Shown here: piece after piece, positions 38,948 through 49,570 of the stretch
How positions within the stretch are numbered: the stretch's first letter is position 1
How the letters are laid out: each line of letters opens with the position of its first letter
The notes under the pieces: generated by a model
Database searches by the model: none
Seen by the model: the letters and a program-made list of their open reading frames with translations, nothing else
What the model was told of the DNA's origin: nothing
Origin: Candidatus Pacearchaeota archaeon
GTDB lineage: Archaea; Nanobdellota; Nanobdellia; Pacearchaeales; JAPDKA01
Assembly: GCA_038890875.1 (NCBI GenBank)
Contig: JAWAFA010000001.1
Span: 170,996-234,995 of the forward strand
Length of the DNA: 64,000 bases
Direction: 5' to 3'
Translations under genes and position numbers: made by a program

Positions 38948-40486
38948 ATGAATTTATCAAATATTTTTTTGAAGAAAGGTTTTTTACTACAACCAGACTT
39001 GATTAATTTTATTACTCAAGAAGAAACAGAGTTAATTATTGAGATATTGCAAGCTATTAATGCTCCAAAGATAATTTCTCTTAAATTTTTTTATGATAAT
39101 AAAACAAAAATAGTTTCAATGCTTAACTCTTTTCTAGAATTAAAAAAATTTGACCCTAGTATTATTCTCAACTTAAAAAAAAAATTAGAAGAAGAAAAAG
39201 AGAAAAAAGAGCTAATTAATGAGGTGGAAAGTGAAATAAATAAAAGTGAAGAAGAAAAGAGAATAGAGGAAAAAAAATTTTATTATAATGGTAATTTGTT
39301 TAAACCAAAAAAGATTGAAGTAAAGGATTTTCTCTCTTTTTTTAAAAGTAGGTATGAATGGTTTAAAGATTTTCTAAAAGATAGGAAGGAGTTAGTTAAT
39401 TTGACATCTATTGATAAATTACCAACAAATAACCAAAATGTTTCAATAATAGGGATGGTTATGGAAAAACGAGAAACAAAAAATAAAAATGTTATTCTTG
39501 AACTTGAAGATGGAAAAGGAATAGTTAAAGTACTTATAAATAAAAATAGAACTGTTTATGAAAAAACACATAGCATAGTCGAAGATGAAGTTATCGGTAT
39601 TAAAGGTTTTGGTAATAAAGAGATAATCTTTGCTTCAGAGATAGTCTTTCCAGAAATAGTCAATTTAAATAATAAAAAATGCTTTCTTGATAAAAACGCC
39701 CTTTTTCTCGCCGATATTCATATAGGAAGTGATAAATTTTTGGAAAGTAATTTTAAAAAAGCGATTAAGTGGATAAATGGAGAAGATGGAAATGAAAGGC
39801 AAAGAGACAAAGCGAAAAAAATAAGCCACATTTTTTTTGTTGGCGATATTGTTGATGGTGTTGGCATATACCCTGGTCAAGAAAATGAGCTATTAATAAA
39901 AGATATCATTGAGCAATATAAGTATGCTTATGAACTTTTCGATGAAATTAGGAAAGATATTAAGTTAGTATTTATTCCAGGAAATCACGATGCAGCTAGG
40001 ATAACAGAACCACAAGTTTTTAATATGTTTTCCAAACCACTACAAAAATTAGAAAATGCTGAGTTTTTACCAAACCCAACCTTTTATAATCTTTATGGTT
40101 ATAATGTTTTACTCTACCACGGCGCAAGCTTTGATTATTATGCAAATAAAGTTTATAGCTTAAAAGCAGCTAAAGCTTATGAAAATCCAGAAGAATTATT
40201 AAAATTTTTTCTTCAAAAACGACATTTAGCGCCAACACACGGCTCAACAGTCTATTCTCCAACTGATGAAGATTTTTTTATTATTAAAAAAGTTCCTGAT
40301 GTGTTTGTCACAGCTCATATTCATAAAACAGGAGCAACTCATTATAAAAACATAATTCTTATCTCTACCTCTTGTTGGCAATCACGAACACCTTACCAAG
40401 AAAAATTTGGGCATATCCCTGACCCATGTAAAATACCCCTCTTTAACACCAAAACAAAAGGAGTCCATATTTTAGATTTTAATTAA
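38948..40486 (+). CDS. DNA polymerase D small subunit DP1
   Basis: OB fold then DIHIGS, GDIVDG, PGNHD, YHG, RHLAP, HIH. Confidence 0.93.
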   Translation: MNLSNIFLKKGFLLQPDLINFITQEETELIIEILQAINAPKIISLKFFYDNKTKIVSMLNSFLELKKFDPSIILNLKKKLEEEKEKKELINEVESEINKSEEEKRIEEKKFYYNGNLFKPKKIEVKDFLSFFKSRYEWFKDFLKDRKELVNLTSIDKLPTNNQNVSIIGMVMEKRETKNKNVILELEDGKGIVKVLINKNRTVYEKTHSIVEDEVIGIKGFGNKEIIFASEIVFPEIVNLNNKKCFLDKNALFLADIHIGSDKFLESNFKKAIKWINGEDGNERQRDKAKKISHIFFVGDIVDGVGIYPGQENELLIKDIIEQYKYAYELFDEIRKDIKLVFIPGNHDAARITEPQVFNMFSKPLQKLENAEFLPNPTFYNLYGYNVLLYHGASFDYYANKVYSLKAAKAYENPEELLKFFLQKRHLAPTHGSTVYSPTDEDFFIIKKVPDVFVTAHIHKTGATHYKNIILISTSCWQSRTPYQEKFGHIPDPCKIPLFNTKTKGVHILDFN

Positions 40487-40487
40487 A

Positions 40488-41198
40488 ATGAAACCTTGCT
40501 TAAAAAGTTTAGAAAATTTAGAAAAAAAAGTAGTAGCTATTTTTGATGGAGATGGTACTCTGTGGCGTTTTGATGGAGAATTTGGAAGTTCTTGGGATAT
40601 TCCCAAGCAAGTATTAAGTGACAAAGAAAGAGAAATTTGGGAGAGAAGAAGTAAAATTTTCCATTCAAAATTTGAAGAAAGGGCAAATTTTTACGAATAC
40701 TTTCTCAAAGCACAGATTAAGTTATTAAATGGAAAAGAAGAAATAAAAAATTTTTCTATTCCATATATAGAAGGCGCAAAAGAAATTGTTAATTTTTTTA
40801 AAGAGAAAGGAGTCGAAGTTTTTTTGATAAGTGCTGGATTTTATAGCGTGATCAAAAAAGCAGCTGAAGAATTAAAGATAAAGTTCATTTCAAATGAAAT
40901 CGAAATAAAAAATGGTATTTATACAAAAAATACTAATTCGTATGTGACTCCTTTTAACAAAAATGAGATAATAAAAAAATTGGTAAATAATACCACTTTC
41001 TTAATCTTATTTTTTGACATTTATGACTTTAGTATTATAAATAATAACTTTAATAATGAAAATATAAAAATATTAATTTACAATGATAGCTCTTCTGGCG
41101 AAAAAGAAAAAGCTTTTTCACTATATAAAGAGAAAAAATGCGATTTTATTGCCAGCAATTTTTTTCAAGCAATTAAAGTAATTAAAGATAAAATATAA
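40488..41198 (+). CDS. HAD-superfamily hydrolase (SerB-like)
   Basis: IFDGDGTL, ISAGF; motif IV degenerate. Confidence 0.7.
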   Translation: MKPCLKSLENLEKKVVAIFDGDGTLWRFDGEFGSSWDIPKQVLSDKEREIWERRSKIFHSKFEERANFYEYFLKAQIKLLNGKEEIKNFSIPYIEGAKEIVNFFKEKGVEVFLISAGFYSVIKKAAEELKIKFISNEIEIKNGIYTKNTNSYVTPFNKNEIIKKLVNNTTFLILFFDIYDFSIINNNFNNENIKILIYNDSSSGEKEKAFSLYKEKKCDFIASNFFQAIKVIKDKI

Positions 41199-41203
41199 TA
41201 AAT

Positions 41204-44200
41204 ATGAAAATAAATTTCAAAAAATATTTTAACGATATCTTAGAAAAAACAAGAATAGCTTATGCTATTGCTGAAAATGCAAGAAAGAAAGGTTTTGATC
41301 CTATAAAAAAAGTTGAGATACCTCTAACAGCAGGGCTTGCTGAAAGAGCGACAGGAATTGTTTCAATTTTACACCCTCAAGTTAAAGATGAAAAAATAGA
41401 AAGAAGAATAAGGGAACTAGAGCTCGAATATGGCTTTCTTGAGCTTGGAACAGCATTAAAAATTGCCGAAGAAATAGCTAGTCAAAAATTTTGTCGTTTT
41501 TCGTCTAATTTAGAAGCAATTGAAGCAGGAGTTAGACTAGGTATTGCTTATTTAACTTTAGGCATTGTTTCAAGCCCCATTGAAGGATTTATCAGGCTCG
41601 AAATAAGAAAAACGAGCAACAATGAAGATTATCTCGCAGCTTTTTTTGCTGGGCCAATTAGAAGTGCTGGTGGAACTGTTGCAGCTCAATCATTAATCAT
41701 AATTGACTACTTAAGACAAATTTTTGGTTATGCAAAATATGACCCACAAAGTACAGAGGTAAAACGCGCCATCACAGAGATATATGATTATCATGAACGT
41801 ATAACTAACTTGCAGTATCTACCTTCTGAAAAAGAGATAGAACTTATTGTTAGTAACCTACCAATTCAAATAGAAGGAGAAGCAAGTGAAGAGATAGAAG
41901 TTAGTAATTATAAAGATTTACCAAGGGTATCAACTAACAGGATTAGAAGTGGTTTTTGCTTAGTGCTAGCTGAAGGAGTAGCAGCAAAGGCACCAAAATT
42001 AATTAAAGCTATTAAAAAGTTGAAGGAAAAAGGGATAAATATCGAAGGATTTGATTTTTTGACAAAACTTGAGAGAATAAAAACTGAAAAAGAAAAAGAG
42101 AAAGAAAATAAAGGAAAAGAAGTTAGTGAAACTTTAATTGCGCCTTCTTCTATTTACATTAAAGATATGGTTGCTGGCAGGCCAATTTTAAGTTACCCTT
42201 CAACTTTTGGGGGATTTAGATTGCGCTATGGTAGAACAAGAACAAGCGGTTATAGTGCAATGGCAGTTAATCCAGCACTAACATACTGCATTGATTTTCT
42301 TGCCATTGGCACACAATTAAGAACAGAAAGGCCAGGAAAATCTTGTAGCTTGGCAACCTGTGAAGTTATTGATGGACCAATTGTAAAACTTGATGATGGA
42401 AGTGTAATAAAAATAAATAATGTTGAGCAAGCATTGAAATATAGAGATAAGATAAAAGAGATAATCTATCTTGGAGATCTTCTTATTAGCTTTGGTGATT
42501 TCTTTAATAGAAACCATTTACTAATGCCGGCAGGTTATGTTGAAGAATGGTGGTTTTCAGAATTTAAAGACTTTATCGAAGAAATAACAACAAGTAATAA
42601 AAATATAGAAGAGGTGAATGAAGCACAGCGAGAATTAAATAATTTGAAAGACTATAATTACTTTAACTTAAGCCTCGAAAAGGCAATTGAGCTTTCTCTT
42701 AAATATAACCTCCCTCTATATCCAAAATATATTTTTTATTGGTCACAAATAAATTTAGAGCAACTTAAAGAATTATTGAAATGGCTTAAGAATTCTTATT
42801 TTAGTCCTGAAGGAAATTTGATTCTTTCATATTCAAAAACTAGAAGAGCAGAGTTAGAAATAGCAAAAAGAGCTTTAGAAATTGCTGGAGTAGAACATAG
42901 TGTTAGTATTGAAAATGTGATAATAAAAAAAGATGAGGCTAAAGCATTGTTACTTAATATCGGCATTTTGCATGCTAAAGAAATTAATGAGAATATTGAT
43001 AAAATAAATTCTTCAATAAAAGAAAGAAGTATAGACTTATTAAATAGGTTAAGTGAAGAAGAGAAAAAAGGAAAGAAAAGTGTTCTAGATTTTATAAATA
43101 CTATCTCTGATTTTAAGATCCGAGATAAAGCTGGAACTTTTATAGGAGCAAGAATGGGGAGGCCAGAGAAAGCTAAACCAAGAGTCTTAACAGGACAGCC
43201 AAATGTTCTTTTTCCTGTTGGTGATGAAGGTGGTCGTTTGCGAAGCTTTGATAGTGCAAAAGAAAAAGGGTTTATTAAAGCAGAATTTCCAATATTTTAT
43301 TGCAATAAATGCAAGTCAGAAACAATTTATTTTGTGTGTGAAAAATGTAATAATGAAACAGAGAAACGTTATTATTGTAATGAATGTAATAAAACATACT
43401 CAACAAATATATGTAAAGCACATGGACTTTTAAAACTTTACAAAAAAGCAAGAATAGATATTAATTATTATTTTGATAAAGCTATTGAGAAGCTAGGTTT
43501 GAGTAAGTTAGAAATTCCAGATGTTATAAAAGGAGTAAAGGGAACAAGCTCAGAGAATCATATTACCGAACATTTAGCTAAAGGAATCTTGCGGTCAATA
43601 TATAATCTACATGTTAATAAGGACGGGACTATTCGTTATGATGCTACAGAACTTCCAATAACTCATTTCAAACCAAGAGAGATTGGAACTAGCATAGAAA
43701 AGTTAAAGGAACTTGGCTATACTCATGATTGTTACGGAAATCCTTTAGTTAATGATGATCAACTCTTAATTCTAATGCCTCAAGACATAATATTACCAAG
43801 CACAAGCGAGAGTAAGGATGAAAGTGCGGATAGCTTCCTTTTGCGAGTTTCTAAATTTATAGATTCTTTACTAGTCCGATTTTATAACACAAAACCATTT
43901 TATAATGCTGAAAAAAAAGAAGATTTAATTGGGCAATTAGTAATTTGTATTGCTCCTCATAATGCTGCCGGAACAATAGCAAGAATAATTGGTTTTAGTG
44001 ATACACAAACATTCTTAGCAAGCCCTTTTTTACATGCAGCCATGCGTCGTGACTGTGATGGTGATGAAGCAGGGTTTATGTTATTACTCGATGCCTTAAT
44101 AAATTTCTCATTTGCTTATCTCCCTTCTCATAGAGGAGCAACTCAAGACGTACCAGTAATCATCAACTCAATAATAAGGCAAAATGAGGTTGACGATATG

Positions 44201-44797
44201 GTTTTTGATATGGAAAATACACAATTATTCCCTAAAGAATTTTATTATGCAACTCTTGAATATAAAAGCCCCCTTGAGTTAAAAATACCTCAAGTTAAAA
44301 ACAATCTTTCAGTAGCCGATGCATTCATAATTAACTTTACACATCCAACTCAAATTATAAGCGCAGGTAATAAATGTTCGGCTTATAAAAGTCTCGCAAC
44401 AATGAAAGAGAAAGTTGAAAAACAGATGGATGTTGGCATAAAAATCAGAGCAGTTGATGCAAGTGATTTAGCAATGTTAATAATAACAAAGCATTTTATT
44501 CGTGATATAAGGGGTAATTTGCGAAAGTTTTCCTCTCAGCAATTTCGTTGCTCAAAGTGCAATGCTAAATATAGGCGGCCACCTCTTGCAGGAAAATGCT
44601 TGGAATGTGGTGGCCCAATTATTTTTACAATCGCTGAAGGTACAATAAGAAAATATCTCGAGCCAGCTTTAGCTTTAGCACAAAAATACAATGTTAAAGA
44701 TTATGTAAAACAAAACTTAAAATTAGTTGAATTAAATATTAATGAATTGTTTGGCAAAGAGCAAATACAACAAAAAGATCTAAAGAAGTGGTTATAA
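41204..44797 (+). CDS. polC: DNA polymerase D large subunit DP2
   Basis: GPIRSAGGT, GFRLRYGR, RMGRPEK, RRDCDGDE, Zn fingers; no intein evident. Confidence 0.96.
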   Translation: MKINFKKYFNDILEKTRIAYAIAENARKKGFDPIKKVEIPLTAGLAERATGIVSILHPQVKDEKIERRIRELELEYGFLELGTALKIAEEIASQKFCRFSSNLEAIEAGVRLGIAYLTLGIVSSPIEGFIRLEIRKTSNNEDYLAAFFAGPIRSAGGTVAAQSLIIIDYLRQIFGYAKYDPQSTEVKRAITEIYDYHERITNLQYLPSEKEIELIVSNLPIQIEGEASEEIEVSNYKDLPRVSTNRIRSGFCLVLAEGVAAKAPKLIKAIKKLKEKGINIEGFDFLTKLERIKTEKEKEKENKGKEVSETLIAPSSIYIKDMVAGRPILSYPSTFGGFRLRYGRTRTSGYSAMAVNPALTYCIDFLAIGTQLRTERPGKSCSLATCEVIDGPIVKLDDGSVIKINNVEQALKYRDKIKEIIYLGDLLISFGDFFNRNHLLMPAGYVEEWWFSEFKDFIEEITTSNKNIEEVNEAQRELNNLKDYNYFNLSLEKAIELSLKYNLPLYPKYIFYWSQINLEQLKELLKWLKNSYFSPEGNLILSYSKTRRAELEIAKRALEIAGVEHSVSIENVIIKKDEAKALLLNIGILHAKEINENIDKINSSIKERSIDLLNRLSEEEKKGKKSVLDFINTISDFKIRDKAGTFIGARMGRPEKAKPRVLTGQPNVLFPVGDEGGRLRSFDSAKEKGFIKAEFPIFYCNKCKSETIYFVCEKCNNETEKRYYCNECNKTYSTNICKAHGLLKLYKKARIDINYYFDKAIEKLGLSKLEIPDVIKGVKGTSSENHITEHLAKGILRSIYNLHVNKDGTIRYDATELPITHFKPREIGTSIEKLKELGYTHDCYGNPLVNDDQLLILMPQDIILPSTSESKDESADSFLLRVSKFIDSLLVRFYNTKPFYNAEKKEDLIGQLVICIAPHNAAGTIARIIGFSDTQTFLASPFLHAAMRRDCDGDEAGFMLLLDALINFSFAYLPSHRGATQDVPVIINSIIRQNEVDDMVFDMENTQLFPKEFYYATLEYKSPLELKIPQVKNNLSVADAFIINFTHPTQIISAGNKCSAYKSLATMKEKVEKQMDVGIKIRAVDASDLAMLIITKHFIRDIRGNLRKFSSQQFRCSKCNAKYRRPPLAGKCLECGGPIIFTIAEGTIRKYLEPALALAQKYNVKDYVKQNLKLVELNINELFGKEQIQQKDLKKWL

Positions 44798-44823
44798 ATA
44801 ATAAATAACAAAAAATTAAATAA

Positions 44824-46002
44824 TCAAAAATAGTACCCTAGCACTGGTAACACGAGGCAGCCCATCAAATGCACTCGTCGCATTTCTTTTAGGTTAGGAA
44901 TAAGGCCTATAAAAAATCCCGTTGCCAAAACAATTAAGCTCCAAATATGAGAAACTATAATATTAATACTAATAATAAAAACAATAACTAAAAAGCAGAG
45001 CTTTTGATAGCTAATTCTATTTATGTATTTACAAATAAATTTTGTTAAACCGAGGCAAATAAAAACACTTAAACATGAAGCAATAAATGCAACAATAATT
45101 AAAAGCAGCAATTGGTTGAAATTTATTCCTCCGAGAATTTGGTTAACAACAACAGCTGCTCCACTTCGTGGCTTTTGTATCAAATAAGCATTGACAAAGC
45201 TGAAAAGCATGACAATTGTATTAATACTACCAACAAGAATTAGAAATTCTTTTGTATTTAATTTTCCTAATAAATCACTACCAATTATCGCTGCTTGCCC
45301 AGGACCAATTGCTGGATAAAGAGAAACAAAAGAGCTTGAAACAATTCCGGCGGCAAGTGGCCTTATCTTCTCCCGTGTTTTTAAAGTAAGCTCTCTTTGA
45401 TGTTGCTTTACAAGCTTCGTTTTATTTTTTATGCTTAACACAAGTAAAGGTAAGCCGAAAAGACCAGTAAAAAGAGGTAGCAGTGGTTGTGATATTGCTT
45501 TAAAATTAAGAGTAAAAACTCCAAGTAAACCAGAAAACAAGAATACAATAAAAGCTAGAGCTTTTCGCTTTTCCTTGAGAATGAGAAAAAGTGAGAATAT
45601 AAGTAGGATAAGTGGCACAGAAAGCTTAATAAGAGGCCAAGTTTTTGGCAAAAAAATGATAAGTAAAGGAATAATAAGAAGTGCGACGAGAAAACCATAA
45701 AAAGAACCAATTAATGTTAACTTTACAGCATAAAAACCAAAACCTTTTAATAATAGTCTATGGCCAGGAAGTAAGGCCATCGCACTATCTTCTGCTGGAG
45801 CCCCAAGAAAAATACTTGGAATAAAATCAAGAAAAGTATGAGTTATCGCCATCGCAACAAGAAAGCAAGAAACAAGCAAAGGATTTTGAAAGGTAAATGT
45901 TAAAGCAACAGCAGATATTAAGTTAACATGAATCCCTGGAATTATGCCAGTTATAATTCCAGCAAATACTCCAATAATAGTTGCCAAAAAAAATTCTAGC
46001 AT
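44824..46002 (-). CDS. TctA-family tripartite tricarboxylate transporter-like membrane protein
   Basis: GIIPGIH, IPSIFLGAP, LPGH, PRSG. Confidence 0.8.
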   Translation of the reverse strand: MLEFFLATIIGVFAGIITGIIPGIHVNLISAVALTFTFQNPLLVSCFLVAMAITHTFLDFIPSIFLGAPAEDSAMALLPGHRLLLKGFGFYAVKLTLIGSFYGFLVALLIIPLLIIFLPKTWPLIKLSVPLILLIFSLFLILKEKRKALAFIVFLFSGLLGVFTLNFKAISQPLLPLFTGLFGLPLLVLSIKNKTKLVKQHQRELTLKTREKIRPLAAGIVSSSFVSLYPAIGPGQAAIIGSDLLGKLNTKEFLILVGSINTIVMLFSFVNAYLIQKPRSGAAVVVNQILGGINFNQLLLLIIVAFIASCLSVFICLGLTKFICKYINRISYQKLCFLVIVFIISINIIVSHIWSLIVLATGFFIGLIPNLKEMRRVHLMGCLVLPVLGYYF

Positions 46003-46030
46003 AGTAACTTTAAGTTATTAGTTTATTGTT

Positions 46031-46357
46031 TTATTTTTCAATAACTTTCTCAGCTTCTATTTCTTTATTTCCCTTGTACAATTTTATTCTTCCAACTATT
46101 TCAACACTCTTATTTAATTCTAAATTTTTTATTTCATTATAACTGACAACCACTATACAACTAGAATCGCAAATTTGAAACAAAGTTAGTTTATCATAAT
46201 TTCTAATCCAATCAACCTTTCCTTCAACAACAACCCAATCATCAATGTTTTTTTCATTAATTTCATTTATACTTACTTTTTTAGGAGTTAGATTAGAACT
46301 TAAAATAAAGAGAAGAAAAAGCCCCACAATGCTGCCAACCAAAGCAATTTTTATCAT
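46031..46357 (-). CDS. Membrane-anchored OB-fold protein
   Basis: N-terminal TM; VVVEGKV...VEIVGRI.LYKG..EI. Confidence 0.7.
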   Translation of the reverse strand: MIKIALVGSIVGLFLLFILSSNLTPKKVSINEINEKNIDDWVVVEGKVDWIRNYDKLTLFQICDSSCIVVVSYNEIKNLELNKSVEIVGRIKLYKGNKEIEAEKVIEK

Positions 46358-46366
46358 TTTCTATAA

Positions 46367-47134
46367 CTATAACTTTAAGCTAAAAAAATCAATTGCATTA
46401 GCATCAGTAATTTCTTCAACCTTACTTATTTCTATTTTCTTAATTTTAGCAATACTTTCACAAGGAATATTCACATTAAGTGGCGTACCAAACTCTTGTC
46501 CAGGCTGAGCAAACCAGGGCGAGTCAGTTTCAAGTAAAATTTTGTTAAGTGGCATATCTCGAGTAATTTTCTTTATATCTTTAGATTTTATTATCCCTGG
46601 TCCAACCGAAATATACCACCCATTATCAATTATTTTAGATAAATTTTTTTTATCATTAAACAAATGCATTAAAACTTTATCCACCATACTCTCGCGTTCT
46701 AGAATTTCAATAACTTTTGAAGTTGCATCACGTGAATGTATTACTAAAGGTTTATCAATTTTTTTTGCCAGATGAATCAATTTTAAGAAAAGTTCTTCTT
46801 GTTTTTCTTTAATTTTTTCAATTTCATTTTCTTTAATAAAATGCCAATCAAGCCCAGTCTCACCAATTGCAACAATGTTCTCTCTATTTTTTTCAATTTT
46901 TTTAATGAAATTACTAATCTCTTCTTCACTAATGTTAGCATAATGTGGATGGATTCCAACAGTACAAAAAATAAACTTTGGATATCTTTTAATAAGATCT
47001 AATGTTAGATTAAAATCTTTTGGATGTGAACAACAAGTAACTATTGCTTTTAACTTGCTTTTCCATTTTTCAATTAACTTTTCACGTTCGTTATTAAATT
47101 CTCGCTGTTCAAGATGACAATGACAATCAATCAT
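46367..47134 (-). CDS. tatD: TatD-family nuclease
   Basis: IDCHCH, GIHP, IGETGLD, HSR, LETDSP. Confidence 0.93.
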   Translation of the reverse strand: MIDCHCHLEQREFNNEREKLIEKWKSKLKAIVTCCSHPKDFNLTLDLIKRYPKFIFCTVGIHPHYANISEEEISNFIKKIEKNRENIVAIGETGLDWHFIKENEIEKIKEKQEELFLKLIHLAKKIDKPLVIHSRDATSKVIEILERESMVDKVLMHLFNDKKNLSKIIDNGWYISVGPGIIKSKDIKKITRDMPLNKILLETDSPWFAQPGQEFGTPLNVNIPCESIAKIKKIEISKVEEITDANAIDFFSLKL

Positions 47135-47166
47135 AAAATATTTATTTTGTATATTTTTAAAATTGT

Positions 47167-47547
47167 ATGGAAAAGTTAATTGCCCTTTTTTTGATTTTAT
47201 TATCTATCATTTATGCAAAATTTTTTTTGCAACATGAATGTAAAGAGGAAGTTAAAAATTTTAAAAAACTGTTAAAAAAAGTTAAAATTAGTTTACCACT
47301 TTTTAACATCATTATTCTTTTTCTTTTCTTACTGTCTAATCTTTTATTTCTTCTTGTGATAAAAAAAATATTTTTACTTCCCTTTCTTTTTATAATTTTT
47401 TTAGCAATTGTCGCTGAATTAGCGAAAAACAATGCTCGTTATATCTTCCTTCTTTATGAGTTAATAATTATCTTTCTTTCTGAATATTTATTATTTCTTA
47501 GCCTTTTATTTATAATTTTTAATTTAATCTATCTTTCTCTCAATTAA
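47167..47547 (+). CDS. Hypothetical membrane protein
   Basis: Hydrophobic ORF filling the gap between tatD and argS. Confidence 0.45.
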   Translation: MEKLIALFLILLSIIYAKFFLQHECKEEVKNFKKLLKKVKISLPLFNIIILFLFLLSNLLFLLVIKKIFLLPFLFIIFLAIVAELAKNNARYIFLLYELIIIFLSEYLLFLSLLFIIFNLIYLSLN

Positions 47548-49167
47548 TCAAATTTTTTCTAGCTTATTCAACCCGAGAATTTCAAAGCATTTTTCAATAA
47601 CCTTTATCCCTAGCAAAAGGATGACAACTCTTTTCTTTCTCTCATTTTTTTCCGCTTTAATAATACTACATTGCTCATAAAAATCATTAAAAATTTTACA
47701 TGTTTGATATAAGTATCGAGCAATTAAGCTTATATCAAAATTTTTGATAGCTTTGTTAAGAGTAAAGCCAAAATTGAATAATTGATGCAAAAGCAAAGAT
47801 TCATAATTGTTAAGAGAATCTATTCGTAAACTTTTTATTTCCTTTTTACTGATTTTTTCTTTTATTTTTAATTTTCTTACTATACTTTTTGCCCGTGCGA
47901 GACTATAATTTAAATAAATAGCTGTGTCCCCCTCAAGTCTTAACGCCTGTTGCAAGTCAAAAATAACATTTTTCTCATAATCAATTTTAGCAATAGTGTA
48001 ACGAACAACATTTGAGGCGAGTTGCTTAAGCTCAGCTTCACTTAACTTCGATTTTCTTTTTTCTGCTTCTTCTTTCAGTTTTTTATAAACTTCTTCAAGA
48101 AAATCTTCGAGCAAAACAAGATTTCCAGCACGAGTAGACATCTTAGCCGGCCCAGCAGGAGTTAACAAAAGCACCATACTATAATGCAACACTTTCGGTG
48201 CATTATAGCCAAGCTTTTTCAATATAAAAGTAAGCTGTTGAAAGTATAGCTTTTGATCTTCACCAAGCACTATGATATTATTAGGAGCTCTCTTGAGTCT
48301 CCAGATTGTATAAGCAATATCACGAGTTAAATAAAGAGTGGTACCATCTGGCCTTGTTAAAGCAACAAAAGGAGTTTTCATCCCTTGTTCAAGCCCGCTT
48401 CCTCGTAAATCAAAAACGATTTTACCTTCTTCATCTTTTAGAGCGAGACCCTTTTTTTGCATCTCATTAACAAGTCTTTTTGCTTCTTCGAGAAAATCAG
48501 ACTCATAATCAAAATAATCAAAGTTTATATTTATTTTCTTAAGAATTGCCTTTTGTCCTTTAACTGCCTTCTCAACTATTTTCTTAACTTTTTTCAAACT
48601 TTCAATATCATTATTTTCTATTTTTTCCAATAATTGGAGAACTTTCTTCTCAAACTCCTTGTCATGCTCAATTCTTTCTGCAGAAGCTTGATAAAGCCTT
48701 AGTATTTTATCAAAATTTTCATTACCTTTACAGACTAAAGCAAGCATTGCAACTTGCTTGCCTATATCATTAACATAGTAATGTCTTTCAACATTATAGA
48801 AGAAGCTAAGTAACCTGGCAACAGAATCTCCGATAATAGCATTTCTTGCTCTACCAATATGAGGACTTGCATTAGGATTTATACTTGTATGCTCAACTAA
48901 AAATTTTTCTTTTTTTCTTTTCTCAAAATTTTTCAAAGTTTCATAAATAAAAGAGAATTTTTTATTATCTTTAAGCCAGATATTTAAATAACCTCCAATT
49001 AACTCAATTTTTTTAACAAATCCAAGCCCTATTATTTCTTGCTTTATTTTATCAATTTCAGAACTAGGTTTTCCAAAACAAGCTATACTAATATCACCAA
49101 ACTCCGGCTTCGGAACTTCAAAGATTAACTTGTATTTCTCACATATCTTATCTATATCCATAAGCAT
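47548..49167 (-). CDS. argS: Arginyl-tRNA synthetase
   Basis: EHTSINP, HIGR, YLTRDIAY, KMSTRAG, FNDFYE. Confidence 0.93.
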   Translation of the reverse strand: MLMDIDKICEKYKLIFEVPKPEFGDISIACFGKPSSEIDKIKQEIIGLGFVKKIELIGGYLNIWLKDNKKFSFIYETLKNFEKRKKEKFLVEHTSINPNASPHIGRARNAIIGDSVARLLSFFYNVERHYYVNDIGKQVAMLALVCKGNENFDKILRLYQASAERIEHDKEFEKKVLQLLEKIENNDIESLKKVKKIVEKAVKGQKAILKKININFDYFDYESDFLEEAKRLVNEMQKKGLALKDEEGKIVFDLRGSGLEQGMKTPFVALTRPDGTTLYLTRDIAYTIWRLKRAPNNIIVLGEDQKLYFQQLTFILKKLGYNAPKVLHYSMVLLLTPAGPAKMSTRAGNLVLLEDFLEEVYKKLKEEAEKRKSKLSEAELKQLASNVVRYTIAKIDYEKNVIFDLQQALRLEGDTAIYLNYSLARAKSIVRKLKIKEKISKKEIKSLRIDSLNNYESLLLHQLFNFGFTLNKAIKNFDISLIARYLYQTCKIFNDFYEQCSIIKAEKNERKKRVVILLLGIKVIEKCFEILGLNKLEKI

Positions 49168-49216
49168 AAAAAAATAATTTGAAAGAATTTAAATATTTTA
49201 TAAACAAAATAATGAA

Positions 49217-49570
49217 ATGAAAAAAAACAAAAAACTAATCTTTGATACAAATTGGATCATTAATTGTGCTAAATATAAATATTATGAGTTATTTTTTAAT
49301 TTAATTAATAAATATGAATGCTTTGTACTTGATAGAACAATTCGCGAACTAGAAAAAGCAGGAATCTATAAACCACAGGTAAAATTCTTGCTTGAGCAAC
49401 TTGAAAAAAAAGCAAAAATAATAAAAGCCAAGAGATATGTCGATAAAGAAATCTTAAAACTTGCGAAGGAAAAAGCAGTCGAAGCTGTTGCGACCTTTGA
49501 TAAAGAACTAATAAAAAAGTTAAAAAAAGCAAATGAAATGATTGAGATTATAAAATCAAAAAGTGAGTAA
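49217..49570 (+). CDS. PIN-domain protein (Fcf1/Utp24-like)
   Basis: LIFDTN...REL...VD...VATFDKEL; upstream of rpoE1. Confidence 0.8.
   Translation: MKKNKKLIFDTNWIINCAKYKYYELFFNLINKYECFVLDRTIRELEKAGIYKPQVKFLLEQLEKKAKIIKAKRYVDKEILKLAKEKAVEAVATFDKELIKKLKKANEMIEIIKSKSE

Noticed and set aside
41204-44797. Inteins in DP2 (also considered for Cdc6 and Lhr)
   Set aside because: Lengths are normal and no intein splice or LAGLIDADG motifs were seen
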